This document shows, piece after piece, positions 52,840 through 62,418 of a stretch of DNA of 64,000 bases. The stretch is from an uncultured Clostridia bacterium (lineage in GTDB: Bacteria > Bacillota > Clostridia > TANB77 > CAG-508). A program made the translations under genes and the position numbers. Below the pieces are notes generated by a model that was not told where the DNA came from, ran no database searches, and saw only the letters and a list, made by a program, of their open reading frames with translations. The DNA lies in contig CAKPHG010000004.1 of assembly GCA_934157035.1 (NCBI GenBank), forward strand, positions 53,594-117,593, given 5' to 3'. Within the stretch, counting starts at the first letter, position 1, and each line of letters starts with the position of its first letter.

Positions 52840-53548
52840 CCCTTTCTGTTAAAGTAGATAAAATATGTTCTACTACATTATTTATTTCAGTTGTATTTGT
52901 ATTTTCTTCTTTAGATCCTACCATATATACTTTATTATTTATAACAACGGCGTATCTATTATCTACTATCAAGTGATTATTTACATTATAATTATATGCA
53001 AGTCCATATACTGTTCTGTTTCCAATAACTCCAGAAAGCAAATCAATTGTAATTTTAAGGTCACTATATTGTTTTCTCATGTAATCTGTAAAATTATTTA
53101 AGAACTGTACTCCGTTATTATATTTATCATATCTTCCAATAATTATATATGGAATTAGTGCTCCTTTGCTATCTATATTTTTACCTACATATATATATCC
53201 TTCTTTATCTGTAGTTACTTTATAGTTACTTGGTACTTCAAAAGATATGTCAAGATAAGCATCATTATAAATTGAATATCCTGTATTTGTTGATGGAGTA
53301 GTTGGTTGTTCTGTTCCAGTACCAGTTCCTGTATTATTATTAGGTTGTTGGAAAAACAAAAATGCACCTACAATTATTACTAATACTATTATTAAATATT
53401 TTAAGTTACCCTTTTTTATAAATGATTTACTTTCTTCTTTGTTTTCTGTCTCTTTTGCCTTCTTTTTTAGTTCATATCCACATTTTGGACAACTATCTGC
53501 TTGATCACTTATTTGATTATTACATTCTGGACATTTTATTAATGCCAT
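52832..53548 (-). CDS. zinc-ribbon + single-TM protein with extracytoplasmic beta-rich domain (possible PrsW substrate/anti-sigma-like)
   Basis: N-terminus [12 protein letters not shown]...CPKCG nearly identical to N-terminus of downstream PrsW fusion; TM; TGTGTGT linker; stop overlaps ATG of next gene (ATGGCATTAA). Confidence 0.6.
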   Translation of the reverse strand: MALIKCPECNNQISDQADSCPKCGYELKKKAKETENKEESKSFIKKGNLKYLIIVLVIIVGAFLFFQQPNNNTGTGTGTEQPTTPSTNTGYSIYNDAYLDISFEVPSNYKVTTDKEGYIYVGKNIDSKGALIPYIIIGRYDKYNNGVQFLNNFTDYMRKQYSDLKITIDLLSGVIGNRTVYGLAYNYNVNNHLIVDNRYAVVINNKVYMVGSKEENTNTTEINNVVEHILSTLTERGA

Positions 53549-53689
53549 AATATTCCCCTCCTTTTTCTTATAATGATATATTCATCATTTCTATTTAAAG
53601 TATAGTATAATTGGCATTTAATTAAAAGAAAAATTACCAAATAATCACTGACAATTTGGTAATTTGTGTAAGTATTTTAATTTTAAATT

Positions 53690-54298
53690 TTACAAGTTTT
53701 CTTTTATTTCTGGAAATAAATCATATAAATTATATCCTAATAAATTATCAAAGTATTCTTTTAATTTATATGTTTCCTTTACATGATATTGTGTATTTGA
53801 ATATGCACCTCTTCTAATGATAATATCAATTAATCTTTTATCTATTGTATATACCTTTTGACCTTGAGGACACATTAAGTCACATAAGTTTATTATTTTT
53901 TCTTCTATTGTATATTTATGATTTTTTATAAAGTCTGTCAAAAATGGATTATCTTCTGGTTTTGGACCTCCCCCTGCAGTGCAAGTAATATCATTATTTA
54001 AATATGAATGTGTTAGGCATATATTACAATATTCCTCATCATACCCTTTGTCTTTTAAATAATTATATCCTCTCATAACATGTCCTTGTGATTCCCCATT
54101 ATATTTTCCTATATCGTGCACATAACCTAAAGCTATTGTTTTATCAACATCTACTTTATATCCTTTTTCTTCTAACGCTTTAGCAATTCTTCCAGCACTA
54201 TTTCCAACATATAAACAATGTTCTATCCATCTATCGTCTTTTGTATATTTTCTTTCCTCTTCTAATAAATTTCTTGCTCCTTCACTTGTTAATTTCAT
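53690..54298 (-). CDS. HD-domain phosphohydrolase
   Basis: H...HD metal-binding pattern (IEHCLYV...YVHDIGK); 4-nt overlap with upstream gene. Confidence 0.7.
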   Translation of the reverse strand: MKLTSEGARNLLEEERKYTKDDRWIEHCLYVGNSAGRIAKALEEKGYKVDVDKTIALGYVHDIGKYNGESQGHVMRGYNYLKDKGYDEEYCNICLTHSYLNNDITCTAGGGPKPEDNPFLTDFIKNHKYTIEEKIINLCDLMCPQGQKVYTIDKRLIDIIIRRGAYSNTQYHVKETYKLKEYFDNLLGYNLYDLFPEIKENL

Positions 54299-54831
54299 AG
54301 TTCATACTCCTTTATTTCACAATTTTCTTGACCGCTCACATTTAGTAACATCCCATCTTCTGGCATTTTTTCAAAATAAAATTGCATAGCCCTTGCTACT
54401 GCTCCATGAGTAACTAGTAAAATATTTTTATTATAATATTTTTCTTTTATATCATTTAAAAACGAATGAGTCCTTTTAAATAAATCTGGCAATGTCTCCA
54501 AACCTTCAACAATGTTTTTTGAATAATAGTTATAATACTCTTTAAAATAATAATCATCAATAATTGTATTAGTCAATATTCCTCCATCTCTTTCGATAAG
54601 CCTGTCATCATAAATTACTGGAATATTGTTTGCATTTATTATTTTACATGTATGCTTTGTTCTTTTCATTGGTGAACATATAATTAAATCTATATTCAAT
54701 TCCTTAATTTTTCCTCTTATATTTTCAGCTTGTTTTATTCCAATCTCATTTATATCTTCATTATATCTACAATTATATTTATTTTCTTTATTGCAATTCG
54801 TTTGTCCGTGTCTTACTATATATATCTTCAT
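54295..54831 (-). CDS. histidine phosphatase family (PGAM/CobC-like) protein
   Basis: MKIYIVRHGQTNCN = RHG catalytic motif; second His region VTHGAVARA. Confidence 0.75.
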   Translation of the reverse strand: MKIYIVRHGQTNCNKENKYNCRYNEDINEIGIKQAENIRGKIKELNIDLIICSPMKRTKHTCKIINANNIPVIYDDRLIERDGGILTNTIIDDYYFKEYYNYYSKNIVEGLETLPDLFKRTHSFLNDIKEKYYNKNILLVTHGAVARAMQFYFEKMPEDGMLLNVSGQENCEIKEYEL

Positions 54832-54833
54832 AC

Positions 54834-56264
54834 TTACTCTCCTAATTTTTCAAATAAATCATTATAAACACTATTTGCATCTATATAAGTTACCATTGTT
54901 ATATTATGCCTATTAGTTGTTATTTTATATGATGTATCTTCTTTTATATTTGGACAATTTATATCTTTACTTGTAAACCATTTTTTATTTATCATATAAG
55001 CAATTACAGAAATATCCCATATAATTCTTCTTTCTTGATTTCCATGATAGCTATCGTTATAAAATCTACTTATTAAATAGTTGCATAGTTCACTTTTATC
55101 TTTCAAGTGATGATTTAATTCATATATTGATGTTCGTAAATTAGATGCTACATTTTTGCAAGGTATTACTGTTAATTTTACTTTAGACTCAAATACTGTT
55201 CTTACTGCTTCAACATCTTGTCTAAAATTGAATTCTCTATTATTATCTTGTAATAAGCTATGTCCGCCTAGCCAAATTACTTCTATTTTTTCAATTATTT
55301 TAGGCTCTTTCTTTATTGCTAGCGCAATATTCGTAATTGCCCCAACTGCTAATATATATGTTTTTTCATTTTTTAATGCTATTTCAATTATTTTATTAAC
55401 CGCTTCATTTTCTTCATTATATCCATTTTGCAAATAATCTGTTGAACCTTTAAATACTTTATCTGTTGTATCAAAATTTAACCAATTACATATTTTTAAT
55501 ATTTCATTATAGCTTAATTCTTGGCTTTCCTCAGTAGTCACATTTTTTACTTTATGCGAAAATGGTGCAACTGTAATTGCTTCTATATTAAATACATCTT
55601 GTGATTTTAACATATATGAAAGTGCAAATTGATCGTCACATTCGTTATATGTATCTGTATCTAAAATTACATTGAACTTTTCTTTTTTATAATTTTTAAT
55701 GTACTCATATATTTCTTTCCAATCTTTAACTCTAGTTAAGTTTTCTTCTTCTCTATTGTAAGGCTTGTCCTTTATAAGTGTAGTTATTCCGCTTTCTACA
55801 CAATTTTTACAAATGCTAATTGAATCATCTATCATTACTTCTATATTATTTTCAATACATTTTTTAGATTTTTGCATTTTGTCACGAGCATCTGTAAAAA
55901 TTAGTTTATCATAATATATATTATTTTCTTGTAGCCATTCTTTTGTCATATTATAAGGATCTGAATAATCTCCATTATCTCTTCCAGTAATTATATATAT
56001 GTTATGACCATCTTCTTTTAGTTTATCTATATATTCTTTTGCTCCTTCAATTACTTTTAAGTTTTTAACGATTCTTTCTATATTTTCTTTATAAAATGTT
56101 TCATCTTCCTCTTTGCTCCAGTCAAACATACCATTTCTGATATATTTAGCATTTGGATTTATTATTCCACTATTTCTTAATTCTTTATCATGTTCTATAT
56201 ATTCCTTTAATAGTTCTTCATCAAAATTTGAAATAACGTTATCTATATCTATTCCTATGTTCAT
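54834..56264 (-). CDS. intact fusion: N-terminal HAD 5'(3')-deoxyribonucleotidase + C-terminal inosine-uridine-type nucleoside hydrolase
   Basis: N-term MNIGIDIDNV (HAD motif I), NT5C-like body; C-term ILDTDTYNECDDQFAL (nucleoside hydrolase DxDxxxDD Ca2+ motif) and IUNH-like remainder. 3 nt from next gene (operon). Confidence 0.8.
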   Translation of the reverse strand: MNIGIDIDNVISNFDEELLKEYIEHDKELRNSGIINPNAKYIRNGMFDWSKEEDETFYKENIERIVKNLKVIEGAKEYIDKLKEDGHNIYIITGRDNGDYSDPYNMTKEWLQENNIYYDKLIFTDARDKMQKSKKCIENNIEVMIDDSISICKNCVESGITTLIKDKPYNREEENLTRVKDWKEIYEYIKNYKKEKFNVILDTDTYNECDDQFALSYMLKSQDVFNIEAITVAPFSHKVKNVTTEESQELSYNEILKICNWLNFDTTDKVFKGSTDYLQNGYNEENEAVNKIIEIALKNEKTYILAVGAITNIALAIKKEPKIIEKIEVIWLGGHSLLQDNNREFNFRQDVEAVRTVFESKVKLTVIPCKNVASNLRTSIYELNHHLKDKSELCNYLISRFYNDSYHGNQERRIIWDISVIAYMINKKWFTSKDINCPNIKEDTSYKITTNRHNITMVTYIDANSVYNDLFEKLGE

Positions 56265-56331
56265 ATTTCTTCTCCTATTTTATTTTTCTAATCCTTTATA
56301 CTTCTTCTTAAACAGAAGTAGCATAGTATAA

Positions 56332-57132
56332 TTATTTTTGGTGAATATCTACTTGTGTGTATGGTATTGTAATATTATTTTCATCTAATGTCACTTTTAC
56401 AGTTCTTAGGGCATATCTTTTTACTGGTAATCTTACTTCTGGAGAGCACCATATAATTATTCTGTAATTTACTGCTGAATCTGCAAATTGATTTATTCCT
56501 ACATATTTAACTTTTTTTACATTTTCATTTTCTTTTATTTTTTCAACAATTACATCAATAATCTTTTCAATTTTTTCTGTTTTTTCTTCATATTGAGCTG
56601 GTACATCTATTATCAATTCATCTGATGATTTTAGTGCCTGTCCAATGTTTCTGTTCGCAATAATTAATACATTTTCATTATTAACATCTTGCAATTTTGT
56701 TGTTTTTACACCTAATTCAATTACTTTTCCTTCAAAATCTCCTATTTTTATTACATCTCCGACTGAATAATAGTTATCTACTATTATATTAAATCCCATT
56801 ATAATGTCTTTCAATGCATCTTGAAGTGCTAAACCTGCTATTACAGAGGCTACTCCTAATCCTGCTATAATTGAACTTACATTAACTCCGAATAGTTGTA
56901 ATATAAATAAAATTGCAATTATTATTATTAAATAGTTTATTATATTTTTGGTAAGTTTTATGTATGTTATTTCTTTTTTATTATGTACTTTCTGATTTGT
57001 TTCTATCTTTTTTATTGCTTTATTAAAGATTTTGTCTTTTATTTTTAGTATTATTACTGCTATAACTATTGTTAATATCATAACTAATATATGTTCTTGC
57101 ATTAAAAATTCTTTTATTTTTTCTATATCCAT
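56332..57132 (-). CDS. mscS: small-conductance mechanosensitive channel (MscS family)
   Basis: 3 TM + MscS beta-domain signature. Confidence 0.85.
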   Translation of the reverse strand: MDIEKIKEFLMQEHILVMILTIVIAVIILKIKDKIFNKAIKKIETNQKVHNKKEITYIKLTKNIINYLIIIIAILFILQLFGVNVSSIIAGLGVASVIAGLALQDALKDIIMGFNIIVDNYYSVGDVIKIGDFEGKVIELGVKTTKLQDVNNENVLIIANRNIGQALKSSDELIIDVPAQYEEKTEKIEKIIDVIVEKIKENENVKKVKYVGINQFADSAVNYRIIIWCSPEVRLPVKRYALRTVKVTLDENNITIPYTQVDIHQK

Positions 57133-57258
57133 ATTTCACCTCTTAAAATATTTGTTAATAGTATATCAATATTGTTTTGTTTTTTCAATGATTTCCATAA
57201 ATAAAAAATCTTACACCAAATAGTGTAAGATTTTATTCAAATAATATTTTGAGATAAT

Positions 57259-57285
57259 AAAAAAAGTCGAGTTATTCGACTTTTT
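57259..57285 (-). terminator. terminator hairpin after tRNA-Gly (AAAAAGTCGA-gtta-TCGACTTTTT)
   Basis: Perfect stem flanked by A/T runs immediately 3' of the tRNA. Confidence 0.7.
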
Positions 57286-57286
57286 A

Positions 57287-57360
<74 letters not shown>

Positions 57361-57399
57361 ATCTGTATAATATTTTTTGTTCTCTCTCGAACGATTTTT

Positions 57400-57428
57400 A
57401 TTATACATACTTTTTTATTTTTTGTCAA
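57400..57428 (-). promoter_or_regulatory. sigma-A promoter TTGACA-17-TATAAT for tRNA-Gly
   Basis: Minus strand TTGACA (plus 57423..57428), TATAAT (plus 57400..57405). Confidence 0.55.
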
Positions 57429-57515
57429 CAATTTTTTTAAAATTTTTTAATTTTTTATTAAATTTTTTTATAAATTACTTTTTATTCAAAAATAGTACTA
57501 GTTCATATCCTATTT

Positions 57516-57818
57516 TCATTTCAAAAATCTCATTAATTCTTCTTTGCTTTGCATTCCTATTGTTTGTTTTTCTACTTTTCCATTTTTGAAAAGTAAAAAT
57601 GCAGGTATACTCATAATATTATATTTTATTGCTAAATCTCTTTCATCGTCTACATTTAGTTTAAATACTTTTATCTTTCCCTCTAATTCTTTTGCAACTT
57701 CTTCTACAACTGGTCCCATCATCTTGCAAGGATTACACCAACTTGCCCAAAAATCTACTAGTACTGGTACGTCTGAATTTAGTACCTCTTTTTCAAAATT
57801 TTCACTTGTTATTTCCAT
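57516..57818 (-). CDS. trxA: thioredoxin with atypical WCNPC active site
   Basis: 100 aa thioredoxin fold; active site WASWCNPCKMM (CNPC instead of CGPC). Confidence 0.8.
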   Translation of the reverse strand: MEITSENFEKEVLNSDVPVLVDFWASWCNPCKMMGPVVEEVAKELEGKIKVFKLNVDDERDLAIKYNIMSIPAFLLFKNGKVEKQTIGMQSKEELMRFLK

Positions 57819-57909
57819 ATTAATTTCATTCCTTTTATAATTTATTTAGGTTTTTAAATGAGGATTTAACCTATAACCCTAGTTTTTTAGTATTATAAAT
57901 TTAAGCTTT

Positions 57910-58776
57910 TTATTCTTTTGTACTTTTTAATAATTGTATTACAGACATTCCCGCAGTCATTCCCTCATATACAGCTTTTGATATCTGAAGGATTCCTCCT
58001 GTACAATCTCCACAAGCATATACGCCTTTTATATTAGTTTCCATTTTGCTATCTACCTTTATGTTATTTTCTTCATCTAATATAATTCCTAGTTTTCTTG
58101 CTAAATCACTGCTAGATGCGGTTCCAAGTGCTACAAATAATCCATCTATTTTCTTAGTAGTATTATCTTCAAATTCTATCTCTTCTATACTATTTGTTCC
58201 TCTGAATTCTCGTATTTTATTTTCTTCTACATCTATACCTTCTGTTCTTTTTTCCACAGGCTGTTCACCATTTGTTAACATTGTTACAGATTTAGCTATT
58301 GGTAATAAATTTTGCGCTTCATGTAAAGCATATTCTTTGCTTCCTAGTACTGCAACATCTTTACCTTTGTAAAAAAATCCATCACATGTAGCACAATAAC
58401 TTACTCCTTTTCCCTCGAATTCTTTTATTCCTTTTATATTTGCTACTTTTCTATTACTTCCTGTTGCTATAATAATTGCTTTAGTTTCATATTCATGATT
58501 TAGTGTTTTTACAATAAAATTTTTGCCATAATCTATTTGCATTACTTCTTCATTTTTTATTTCTATATTTAAGCTTTTTGCTTGTTTTTCTCCTATTTTC
58601 TGAATTTCTTTTCCACTTATATTTGGTGTTCCATAATAGTTTTCGATTTTTTCAACCTTATTTAACGTTCCAATTCCTTTTGAAACAATAAGAGTTTCTA
58701 AACCTGCCCTTTTTGTGTACAAACTTGCTGATATTCCTGCTGGTCCACTTCCTATTATAATTACATCATATAACAT
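57910..58776 (-). CDS. trxB: thioredoxin reductase-like FAD/NAD(P)H disulfide oxidoreductase (short form)
   Basis: GSGPAG FAD motif, CATCDG redox-active disulfide. Confidence 0.8.
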   Translation of the reverse strand: MLYDVIIIGSGPAGISASLYTKRAGLETLIVSKGIGTLNKVEKIENYYGTPNISGKEIQKIGEKQAKSLNIEIKNEEVMQIDYGKNFIVKTLNHEYETKAIIIATGSNRKVANIKGIKEFEGKGVSYCATCDGFFYKGKDVAVLGSKEYALHEAQNLLPIAKSVTMLTNGEQPVEKRTEGIDVEENKIREFRGTNSIEEIEFEDNTTKKIDGLFVALGTASSSDLARKLGIILDEENNIKVDSKMETNIKGVYACGDCTGGILQISKAVYEGMTAGMSVIQLLKSTKE

Positions 58777-58785
58777 TTTTTCCTC

Positions 58786-59691
58786 CTATAATATGTCATA
58801 AATATTCTTAAATTCATAGCCATTATCTCTATAGTATTTTATAACATCTGGTAATATTTCATACGTTAGTATTTTATCTGCTGCATCATGCATTAAAAGA
58901 ACTACACTTTGTTTGTTTCCAGTTGTATCTATGACATTTTGTAATAAATCTTCTTTTGTTTTTGCTCCTTCTGCATCTTTTGATAAAGCATTCCAATCTA
59001 AATATACTATTCCTTGTTCTTTAAGGAAAGATTTCGTTTGTTTTTTTATACTATGATAATATCCTCCCACTGAGCCACCTGGGAATCTAAATATTCTAGA
59101 ATGATAATTCGGATTTTCTAATGCTTCTTGTATGCAATTTTCTGTATAATTATATTCATCTAGCACAGTCTGAGAATTTTGGTAAATTTGACTGTATTTG
59201 TGAGTATATCCATGATTTGCTATGTAATGACCTTCTTCAAATTCTCTTTTTATTAGTTCTGGATTTGCTTTTACTCTATTACCTAACACAAAAAATGTAG
59301 CTTTTATATTTTCTTGTTTTAGTAAATCTAATATGAAAGGTGTAACACTTTGTGTTGGGCCATCATCAAATGTTAAAAATACTCTTTTTCCATTTTCTTT
59401 ACTATATATATTCTCAATAGACTCAATTTGTTCTTCTGTTAGTGGATTTGCATTTTTATTTTTTTCCTGTTCTTTTCTTTTTTCTTCCTCTATTTCTTCA
59501 TTTTTTATTTTTTCTTCTTCCATTATTTCTTTTTGCTGTTTTATACTTTCATTATGTTTTATTAATTTTATTGTTCCAAAAACAGATAATGTTATGATAA
59601 CAATTACTAAAAATATAATTAAAATAATTTTCTTTATGTTAAATTTCTTTTTTACTTCTATTATTTCATATTGACACATCATTTTTTTCAC
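58786..59691 (-). CDS. polysaccharide deacetylase (NodB-homology, CE4) with N-terminal TM and Glu/Lys-rich coiled segment
   Basis: RVFLTFDDGP motif 1 and HGYTH motif of CE4; N-terminal anchor. Confidence 0.8.
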   Translation of the reverse strand: MKKMMCQYEIIEVKKKFNIKKIILIIFLVIVIITLSVFGTIKLIKHNESIKQQKEIMEEEKIKNEEIEEEKRKEQEKNKNANPLTEEQIESIENIYSKENGKRVFLTFDDGPTQSVTPFILDLLKQENIKATFFVLGNRVKANPELIKREFEEGHYIANHGYTHKYSQIYQNSQTVLDEYNYTENCIQEALENPNYHSRIFRFPGGSVGGYYHSIKKQTKSFLKEQGIVYLDWNALSKDAEGAKTKEDLLQNVIDTTGNKQSVVLLMHDAADKILTYEILPDVIKYYRDNGYEFKNIYDIL

Positions 59692-59882
59692 CTATTCGAC
59701 ATTTTTTATATTATTATATACATTTTTTTATCTTTTAACAAGATATTGTATATATATATTATTTTAATTTTAGCAAAATAAATTGACAATATAGTTTTTA
59801 TAAATTATTTTAATTTTTTTATTGATATTTTTTATATTTTCTGCTATTATATTATACATACTTATATAAATATACTATATAT

Positions 59883-59965
59883 GCTGATGTGGCGGAACTG
59901 GCAGACGCACTGGACTCAAAATCCAGCGGGAAACCATGTGGGTTCGAGTCCCACCATCAGCACCA
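59883..59965 (+). tRNA. tRNA-Leu (anticodon CAA)
   Basis: GCTGATG acceptor, GGCGGAACTGGCAGACGC D-arm, anticodon loop CUCAAAA, long variable arm, TTCGAGT T-loop, CCA encoded; terminator hairpin at 59998..60030. Confidence 0.85.
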
Positions 59966-60168
59966 ATGACATTTTTGTTCGAACTACATATACAAAAATC
60001 AATCATTAAAATGGTTGATTTTTTTGTTTTTAAAAAATTATATGTTTTGTCAGTGTGTATTGCCTTGTAGCGCCCATAAGTTATGATAGTATGTCATACT
60101 TAAACAAATAGAGTGTCCTAAAATTGGACACTCTATTTACCTCTGGCTTATTGCTAGAGATGAAACGA

Positions 60169-60678
60169 TTACTGAAATAACTCTTTAAACTCTTCTTCTG
60201 TCATTCCGACAGGTAATTTTGAATCGCTCGTCGGGTACTCTGTGATTGGCTGTGCTACCCCATTTGTATCATCTTTTGCTTGGTATAAGCGAACGATAGA
60301 TACATGGAATCCCGCGTTGAATTCAGCGTTGAATGTGCTGTTCATTGCTATGGCTCCATCAATGATTTCAAAGGCCACAACCTTCTTAAGATGCTCTTTC
60401 GGAATCTGCCGAATCACTTCGCCTACGCTAGGCTTAAAGAAACCATAGTATCCATAACCATGAAGCATTTTTCTGTCTTCTAATACTGACAGCTTGGAAA
60501 AATCAACTTTGTCTGCATAATCTGAGGGCTCATTAAGCCATGTATATGCACTACCAGTTAATTCATCAGCGGACAATCCTCTGAGATAGGTATCATGTCC
60601 GACGATGGGTTTGATGGTTGCGTACCAGCGAGCGATTTCCTCATTGCTCATTTTAGGAATTTCAAATTTCCGTTCCAT
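60169..60678 (-). CDS. hypothetical 169-aa protein, compositionally foreign (~42 % GC)
   Basis: AAGGAGG RBS; GC-rich relative to flanks; own promoter (60742..60770, TTGAAA-17-TATACT) and hairpin terminator (60107..60140); no family recognised. Confidence 0.55.
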   Translation of the reverse strand: MERKFEIPKMSNEEIARWYATIKPIVGHDTYLRGLSADELTGSAYTWLNEPSDYADKVDFSKLSVLEDRKMLHGYGYYGFFKPSVGEVIRQIPKEHLKKVVAFEIIDGAIAMNSTFNAEFNAGFHVSIVRLYQAKDDTNGVAQPITEYPTSDSKLPVGMTEEEFKELFQ

Positions 60679-61190
60679 ATTTTACCTCCTTGCAATCGCA
60701 AATGTTAATTTACTACTGATATTCTTGTGAACATCAATAATAGTATACCTTATTTTACATAATATTTCAACTTATTTATAATATTTTCCAAATAGTATTA
60801 CATTATAATAAAAATATGTTATAATTTTATTAACTTGATCGATATTTGTATCAATAGTTATGAGAGACCAAAAGTTGTAGATAATTACTTCGACGGCACC
60901 AAAGGATAATATCGTCGCACCAGACGAGAAAAACGATTAAATCGACTGTAAAAGGTCGATTTTTTTCGTACCTAAGTATTAAAATTTTCGGAAAGATGTG
61001 ATATTATGTTAAACACAATCAAGAAACAAATCAATATTAGTAAAGAACTAAATTTTTAAATCTCCTTAACTATAAACATTTACTTATGACATCTGCACAA
61101 GTAATGGAACTAACTGAAAAAGAACAAAATATTTTTGTATTTGAAGTATTATATAATATTTACAATAGCATGAAAGAAATTTTTTGAAAG

Positions 61191-61219
61191 TTGCAATTTT
61201 ATGTAAAATGTGGTACAAT
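61191..61219 (+). promoter_or_regulatory. promoter TTGCAA-17-TGgTACAAT for 61366..61800
   Basis: TTGCAA 61191..61196, TACAAT 61214..61219, TG extension; shares ATGTAAAATGTGGTAyAAT core with the other GC-rich cassettes. Confidence 0.5.
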
Positions 61220-61365
61220 AAATATGTAAAAAGTTTTTCTTTTAAATTGAGAATATTTTCTCGATTTATTTGCTACATTATAGGTGGCAAGAAATCAAGA
61301 GTATCTCATTGAAGGGAAAATAGTAAAACAAAAACAATAAAAACAATTTACAGGAGGATTTTACT

Positions 61366-61800
61366 ATGAAAGCATTTGAAACACGGAAAGCATCTGTTAA
61401 GCCACAGTATGATTCAGCAATGAAAGAAATTAGCCAGGCAATGAATTGGGGATGGAAAAGTACCCATGTAGGTAATGGAACTCTGTACCCTGAAGTTGCA
61501 GAAATGATTGCTAAGGACGGTTTTGATATCAAAATTGTCAAAAGAGCTGATGACACTATGTCATATAATGAGATTTCTTGGGAAAATGCAGAAGAAGGTA
61601 AGGAGGGAACTATTACTTATGTAGATGAAACTCAGCTTAAGCTTGATCCTGCAGATATCCTTGATCCTGCAGATATCCTTGATCCTGCAGATATCTTTGT
61701 AAGAATTCTTGGACTCAAAAGAGAGGAAGCTACTGAGTCAAAAGAAGACGAACATCCAAACAATGAAGAAAATAAAACCGATTCTGAAGCCGAAGAATAA
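61366..61800 (+). CDS. hypothetical 144-aa acidic protein, compositionally foreign, containing a 3x DPADIL tandem repeat
   Basis: AGGAGG RBS; higher GC than flanks; internal 3 x 18-nt tandem repeat; strong hairpin terminator 61822..61860. Confidence 0.55.
   Translation: MKAFETRKASVKPQYDSAMKEISQAMNWGWKSTHVGNGTLYPEVAEMIAKDGFDIKIVKRADDTMSYNEISWENAEEGKEGTITYVDETQLKLDPADILDPADILDPADIFVRILGLKREEATESKEDEHPNNEENKTDSEAEE
61645..61698 (+). repeat. 3 x 18-nt tandem direct repeat (GATCCTGCAGATATCCTT) within CDS, encoding DPADIL x3
   Basis: Units at 61645..61662, 61663..61680, 61681..61698 (last with one substitution). Confidence 0.9.
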
Positions 61801-62109
61801 GGCGAACACAATGTGAAACTCTTGGAGAGAGCTAGTATCAAACTAGTTCTCTCTTTTTTTATCATTTTATTAAAAACACTTTTTTTAATTATATGTTAAA
61901 ATGTATATATAGTCGATAATCGTAAAGGTTTCAAGTGTGGAAGTTAGTAAATATCAAATTAATTAGCCTTGCAGAGCATACTAGTTATATAAAAACTTAA
62001 CCTGAAAAAGCGAAAAAAACTTGAAAAATCGTCAAACTTCTGATATCATTACAATGTTAACCAGTAAAATTAAAAAAGCAAAACTTTGAATAAGGAGGTG
62101 CTTAATCAA

Positions 62110-62418
62110 ATGTATGAAATTTGTAAGTACGAGAACATCAAACTGGAAGAAGCAATGACAATGGACCTCACTCAAAGAGTTCGGCTATGGGTTCTTCAAG
62201 GTTTCTCTGTTCAAGCTAATGACATTCCAAAGAAAGCTAATGTTCAAGCAACTTATGTCTATCAGTCCTCTGAAGGTCATATTTCTCTGATGATTAAGTG
62301 GACTATTGAGGGAGATTTTAGCCTCTATTTTGGTATTGTTGATGAATTCATCACTTTAGAGGAGCTAAAAGACAAATTTCCCAAACTTTTTGAGTTTGAA
62401 GGAAATTTGTATGCCTAA
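62110..62418 (+). CDS. hypothetical ~100-aa protein, compositionally foreign
   Basis: AAGGAGG at 62092..62098 with ATG 62110 (ORF track's 62086 is a TTG inside the RBS); higher GC than flanks; bidirectional hairpin terminator 62437..62466. Confidence 0.5.
   Translation: MYEICKYENIKLEEAMTMDLTQRVRLWVLQGFSVQANDIPKKANVQATYVYQSSEGHISLMIKWTIEGDFSLYFGIVDEFITLEELKDKFPKLFEFEGNLYA

Noticed and set aside
60840-60970. Moderately GC-rich structured stretch (CGACG…CGTCG hairpin, ATCGAC…GTCGAT + T-run) between orphan cassettes
   Set aside because: It could be a small RNA or riboswitch, but I could not match it to any conserved aptamer consensus; left as unassigned structure.
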